A DNA stretch of 32,000 nucleotides from Methanothermobacter marburgensis str. Marburg (GTDB lineage: Archaea; Methanobacteriota; Methanobacteria; Methanobacteriales; Methanothermobacteraceae). The translations under genes and the position numbers were made by a program. Position 1 is the stretch's first letter. Every line of letters begins with the position of its first letter. The notes under the pieces were generated by a model. That model was not told the DNA's origin. It was given only the letters and a program-made list of their open reading frames with translations, and did not search any database. Below are positions 28,095-32,000 of this stretch, one piece after another. The stretch is from the NCBI RefSeq assembly GCF_000145295.1, contig NC_014408.1, positions 1,320,001 through 1,352,000 on the forward strand, in the 5' to 3' direction.

Positions 28095-28967
28095 TCAAAC
28101 AACAGCTATGGGGATAATTTGTATAGCTGGTGGTTCAACCTTTGTAAAGATTGGAGGTATCTTAAATTCTTTCTTCATATCCTTTAAAGGATCTTCTAAG
28201 GAAGTAATCATTTCTTCACTCAACCCCACCGCTGTACCTTCTAATAAATCTATATATTCATCATCTTCTAGTTTTCTAACCACTTTTCCTAAAATTTTAA
28301 ATTCTCCATAAGCTAGCTCAACACCAGCGAGATCTCTTATAAACTCATGAAAAAGATAGGTAACGATTTTATGATCTTTTAAGTCCCTTAACTCAATTAC
28401 ATACTTCTGAAAATTATCTTCAGATAAACCCTTTAATGCCATCTAATATTTCTTTTAGATATTAATTTCTTCCTCATCATTGTTATTGTTGGGGTGTGGC
28501 ATTAAACCTTTTTCAGTGAAACAAATTAACAAGTCAAAAAGATTATCAAGTCTTACTAAGGAGTTCACAATAGGGTTAGGGACGAAGTTTCCCCGCGATT
28601 CTATAAAATCAGACACAGTAATATCATTCCAAGAATCCTCATCTTCGACTTTTTTAATTAAACCTTTTTCATTAAGATTTTTATTAAACGGTTCATTAAA
28701 GAACCATAAGTATGAAATCTTTCTTCTTCCCTCTCTTCTGCAGAATCTGCACTTGATTCTTTTTATCCAGAGCCTTTAAAGCCTATTTAACAAACTATAA
28801 ACGTTTATTCCAAAGCTAGTATCTCCTGAAATCTTATTAGCATTCGATTGATTTTCTTTTGTTGTTATTTTACTTGCGGTGCTAAACCCGTCTTCCATTG
28901 AAGCAAGCAGATCTAATAATGCATTTGTATCTAAATAGATAGGTATTCCTAAATGAGCGTCGCCCAT
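28095..28967 (-). pseudogene. 291-codon reading frame of unknown function interrupted by three in-frame stops (track ORFs 28776..28967 and 28095..28442 plus the unlisted middle segment 28458..28775)
   Basis: 28967-28442 = 525 nt, so both listed ORFs share one frame. My hand translation of the 111 codons between them gives only TAA (28776-28778), TAA (28455-28457) and TAG (28443-28445) as stops, with no frameshift. The middle segment RLWIKRIKCRFCRREG...NEPFNKNLNEKGLIKKVEDEDSWNDITVSDFIESRGNFVPNPIVNSLVRLDNLFDLL... has no start codon of its own near its 5' end. Confidence 0.55.
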
Positions 28968-29185
28968 AATCCCTCATTTAATTGATTCTGCCTCCCGATT
29001 GGGCCTTGTCATTATAGAATTGTAATACTTACTATAAAACTATTGATGCATTTATAAAAGGCACTGGTGACCTTAAATGACTAAGAAATTAATTAACCAT
29101 GAAGCCTTCAAATAAGAGCTATCATTATCTAACATGTGACACCGCATAACATTACTAGACAACATGTCTTCCGCAGTCAGAGCCA

Positions 29186-32000
29186 TCACGGTTTTCCTTT
29201 GATTTCCCTGTAAACACTTTCAAAAAGAGCTTCCTCAAGCGATTCCCTAATTTTCTCGTCGTCCATAACTTTCTTGAACAAGTCAGTATTTTTTTCTAGC
29301 ATCTCAAGCATTGCATCCTTAAAGTGATCTCCAAAGATTGCCTTCACATTTTCAGGAGGATTTTTTTCAATCTTTTCAACAAGTTCATCATTGGATTTGA
29401 GCTTGTTTTTAACTTGTGAAATATATACCATCTCATCCTCACTAAAATTAGTGCCATATGTCTCGTTAATTTCGGCTATGATCTGTGACAACCGCTCCTT
29501 GACATCTTCAGTAAAATTGCCTGCACTCTCTGAAATTGGGGGGATTAGACCTCCCCCTTTGAGTCTTATATCAACCACACCCTTTTCCTCTATTTTATAG
29601 GACTCTATATCCACATCTTCAAGTATGCTAAAGGGTAGTGGGTTGTTGATAGTTGGTAATTTTTTGTTAAGGAACTTGTTGAATATATAAAGCTTCTCAA
29701 GGTCAACATCACTGAAGGGTATGAGTTGTGACAGGTATGAATAAATATTCTGGTACCTTCGGAGGGCCTTTTTGAATTTAACCTGCTCTTCAACTGAAAG
29801 TTTAGTGAATAGGTTCCTGATAGGATATAATATGCTGTGAAGAACCGGTTGTGGATCTCCATTCTTATAGGCCATCACAAATTTATCAACAACAAACCTA
29901 TCAAATATGCCAAAGTCAAAAAGAACATCCGCAAGTTCGTAGAGTTTATGAGGGTCTGTACCCTCCTCAAGACATGTGGTCTCATAGTAGGGTTCAAAAG
30001 CTTTCTGTATTGTTTCCGGTTTGTTTGCAAAATCAAGTATGAATGTATCGTTTTTGTTTTTCATGATCCGGTTGACCCTGTTAAGTGTCTGAACTGCTGC
30101 GATACCATTAAGCGGCTTATCAACATACATGGTATGTAATAATGGCTGATCAAATCCAGTTTGGTACTTATTTGCAACAATCAATATTCTGTATGGATCC
30201 TCCTCAAAAGCATTCTCTATTGATTTAGATGGAGGGATATCGTTCATTGACGTCTCAGTATACTCCTCACCATCATGCTTGACCGTGCCTGTAAAAGCAA
30301 CAAGCGTTTTTATAGGGTAATTCATCTCCCTGATGTATTTATCAAATGTTTTCTTGTACTGCACTGCGTGTAGGCGGGATCTTGTTACAACCATTGCCCT
30401 TGCTCTGCCACCAATCTTGTGGATAGTAGAGTTCATGAAATGATCCGCCATTATCTCCGTTTTTTTCCTTATTGAATGGGGGTGTTCCTCAACGAACTTA
30501 CGTAATACTCTTTTAGCCTTCTTTTCTTCAAATTCTGGATCTTCTTCCACCGTCTTAATCAAATTGAAATATGTCTTATATGAAATGTAATTTCTGAGAA
30601 CATCAAGAATGAAACCTTCTTTGATAGCTTGTTTCATTGAGTAAACATGAAATGGACGGTATTCCCCATACTCATTTCTTGTCCCAAACATTTCAAGTGT
30701 TTTGTTTTTTGGTGTGGCTGTAAATGCAAAGAAGCTCACATTTTTAAGATCTCTAAAAGATTCTATTTCATGGAGTAGTTCCATTTGAACGTCATTACTT
30801 ACATCGTCAATTAAAGCCGCTTCTTCAAGGCTTTTAACACTTAATACCTGCTTCATCTTCCTGGCAAGAGAACCCGACTGGCTTGAATGTGCCTCATCTA
30901 TTATAACTGCATACTTTCTCTTTGGGAGATCTCTTACTTCCTCCATTACAAAGGGAAACTTCTGTAGAGTCGTCACTACAATGTTACTTCCCGTTTTGAG
31001 GGCCTCGGCAAGCTGATGGGAATCCCTATCAATTTTTTCAACTATCCCAATCCGCCTCTCAATTGCCTTTATCTGGTCTTGTAACTGGCGATCTATAACC
31101 CTCCTGTCTGAAACAACAATTACCATGTCATATATTCTCTTGTCAAATGAGTCAAACTTGTTTAGTAATCCATGTGCCAACCATGATATTGTCTTGGTTT
31201 TGCCACTTCCAGGACTGTGCTGTATAAGGTAATTTTGACCCGGCACTGATTCGTCAAGTAATCTGTCAACACATTCCAACTGGTGATACCTTGGAAATAT
31301 TACTGTCTCATTACCCGTCCTCACATTTTTTTCCACGAAGATGAAATTGTTAATAAGTCTTGAGAGCTTGTTGACCTGTAAGATGTCATTATAAAGGTAA
31401 CTCGTTTTGTAATCATTTTTCAGGGGCGGGTTTTCGAGACCCTTGTTAAAGGGCAGGAAGCGGGTATGCTCTCCTTCAAGTTTTGTTGTCATATATATTT
31501 TCTCATCACTCATGGCAAAGTGCACAAGGCATCGCTGGAATAATTTTTCATTTGGGTCCCTATCTTTCCTGTACTGATCCATCGCTTTTTCAACACCTTG
31601 AGTGAACGTATTTTTAAGTTCTATGGTGAGTATAGGTAGCCCGTTGATAAAAATTACAATGTCAAGGCGATCTTTTTTTCTCTCATGATATTGAAGTTCG
31701 TCAATAACTGAAAATATATTACTCTCAAATTTCATGAAAAGGTCGGGGTTACGGTTATTATTGGGCTTGGGGTAGAATAGTTTAAAATGGGCACCCGCCT
31801 CGTGAAATCCATTTCTGAGGAGATAGATAGTTCCTTTTCTTTCGAGTTCGGAAATGAGCCTATGGAAGAATTTCTTTGTTGCGTCTTCCCCATAAACTCT
31901 TTGCAATTGCTCCCACTGTTCCAATTGGGTCTCCATTATGAATTGTAGGGTAATTTCAGGGTCAATACAAGCTGTTTTATCATAGTTATGACTTTTTCTG
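29186..32000 (-). CDS. hsdR: Type I restriction endonuclease subunit R (HsdR), N-terminus outside window
   Basis: PD-(D/E)xK nuclease motif DIVIFINGLPILTIELK. Helicase motifs QHSPGSGKTKT (I), VIIDEAHSSQ (II, DEAH), FTATP (III) and QTGFDQPLL (VI). The frame stays open upstream of the first in-window ATG (31936) to base 32000 (...RKSHNYDKTACIDPEITLQFI-METQ). Confidence 0.9.
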   Translation of the reverse strand, partial: RKSHNYDKTACIDPEITLQFIMETQLEQWEQLQRVYGEDATKKFFHRLISELERKGTIYLLRNGFHEAGAHFKLFYPKPNNNRNPDLFMKFESNIFSVIDELQYHERKKDRLDIVIFINGLPILTIELKNTFTQGVEKAMDQYRKDRDPNEKLFQRCLVHFAMSDEKIYMTTKLEGEHTRFLPFNKGLENPPLKNDYKTSYLYNDILQVNKLSRLINNFIFVEKNVRTGNETVIFPRYHQLECVDRLLDESVPGQNYLIQHSPGSGKTKTISWLAHGLLNKFDSFDKRIYDMVIVVSDRRVIDRQLQDQIKAIERRIGIVEKIDRDSHQLAEALKTGSNIVVTTLQKFPFVMEEVRDLPKRKYAVIIDEAHSSQSGSLARKMKQVLSVKSLEEAALIDDVSNDVQMELLHEIESFRDLKNVSFFAFTATPKNKTLEMFGTRNEYGEYRPFHVYSMKQAIKEGFILDVLRNYISYKTYFNLIKTVEEDPEFEEKKAKRVLRKFVEEHPHSIRKKTEIMADHFMNSTIHKIGGRARAMVVTRSRLHAVQYKKTFDKYIREMNYPIKTLVAFTGTVKHDGEEYTETSMNDIPPSKSIENAFEEDPYRILIVANKYQTGFDQPLLHTMYVDKPLNGIAAVQTLNRVNRIMKNKNDTFILDFANKPETIQKAFEPYYETTCLEEGTDPHKLYELADVLFDFGIFDRFVVDKFVMAYKNGDPQPVLHSILYPIRNLFTKLSVEEQVKFKKALRRYQNIYSYLSQLIPFSDVDLEKLYIFNKFLNKKLPTINNPLPFSILEDVDIESYKIEEKGVVDIRLKGGGLIPPISESAGNFTEDVKERLSQIIAEINETYGTNFSEDEMVYISQVKNKLKSNDELVEKIEKNPPENVKAIFGDHFKDAMLEMLEKNTDLFKKVMDDEKIRESLEEALFESVYREIKGKP

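Larger units (their letters stand above)
27850..32000. other. Low-GC genomic island (probable horizontally acquired defence region); right end beyond window
   Basis: Hand-counted G+C is 17/60 (28141-28200), 19/60 (28681-28740), 24/60 (29221-29280) and 22/60 (30481-30540), against 36-37/60 in the rpoA' flank lines counted. The content is a restriction enzyme plus a decayed unknown ORF. Confidence 0.65.

Noticed and set aside
28443-28445. In-frame TAG in the interrupted ORF as pyrrolysine
   Set aside because: Pyl decoding is known from Methanosarcinales and Methanomassiliicoccales-type lineages, not Methanobacteriales. The other two interruptions are TAA, and no pyl genes or PYLIS-like context are visible.
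27877-28779. Track ORFs 27877..28098 (-), 28012..28311 (+) and 28480..28779 (+)
   Set aside because: The first has a TTG start overlapping the upstream stop, no SD, and low-complexity F/I-rich sequence. The two + strand ORFs are antisense shadows of the interrupted minus-strand frame in very AT-rich DNA.

Overview
Chromosomal segment of a methanogenic archaeon of the Methanobacteriales. The proteins look like Methanothermobacter, but that attribution comes from memory of the protein families, not a search. Hand counts put core lines at about 55-60% G+C. Layout: (1) 1-12,050, + strand: the conserved archaeal RNA polymerase / str cluster, with rpoB' (3' part), rpoA', rpoA'', L30e, NusA, S12, S7, EF-2, EF-1alpha and S10. 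(2) 12,133-12,459: three class II tRNA-Ser genes; the last two form a perfect 121-nt tandem duplication. (3) 12.5-15.3 kb: a soluble MtrA paralogue divergent from a TetR regulator, with a 9-bp-periodic half-site array between them, then a NYN-domain protein, a universal stress protein and a GyrI-like protein. (4) 15.4-21.1 kb, minus strand: a tightly packed hypD / HAD phosphatase / PmbA-TldD / PflX-like radical SAM / THEP1 NTPase / SepCysS operon. (5) 21.16-22.1 kb: a decayed CaCA cation antiporter gene. (6) 22.1-26.6 kb: a 1480-aa secreted surface protein with nine DUF11 repeats. (7) A methyltransferase and a small secreted protein. (8) From about 27.85 kb to the window end: a low-GC island (about 28-40% in hand-counted lines). 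It carries a type I restriction R subunit that runs off the window and, downstream of it, a 291-codon frame of unknown function broken only by three in-frame stops. The most unusual object lies inside an essential gene: a 282-codon, A-rich, roughly 22-30% GC, internally repeated, stop-free in-frame insertion in the clamp-head region of RNA polymerase subunit A' (2064-2909). I saw no CRISPR array, rRNA, transposase or integrase.
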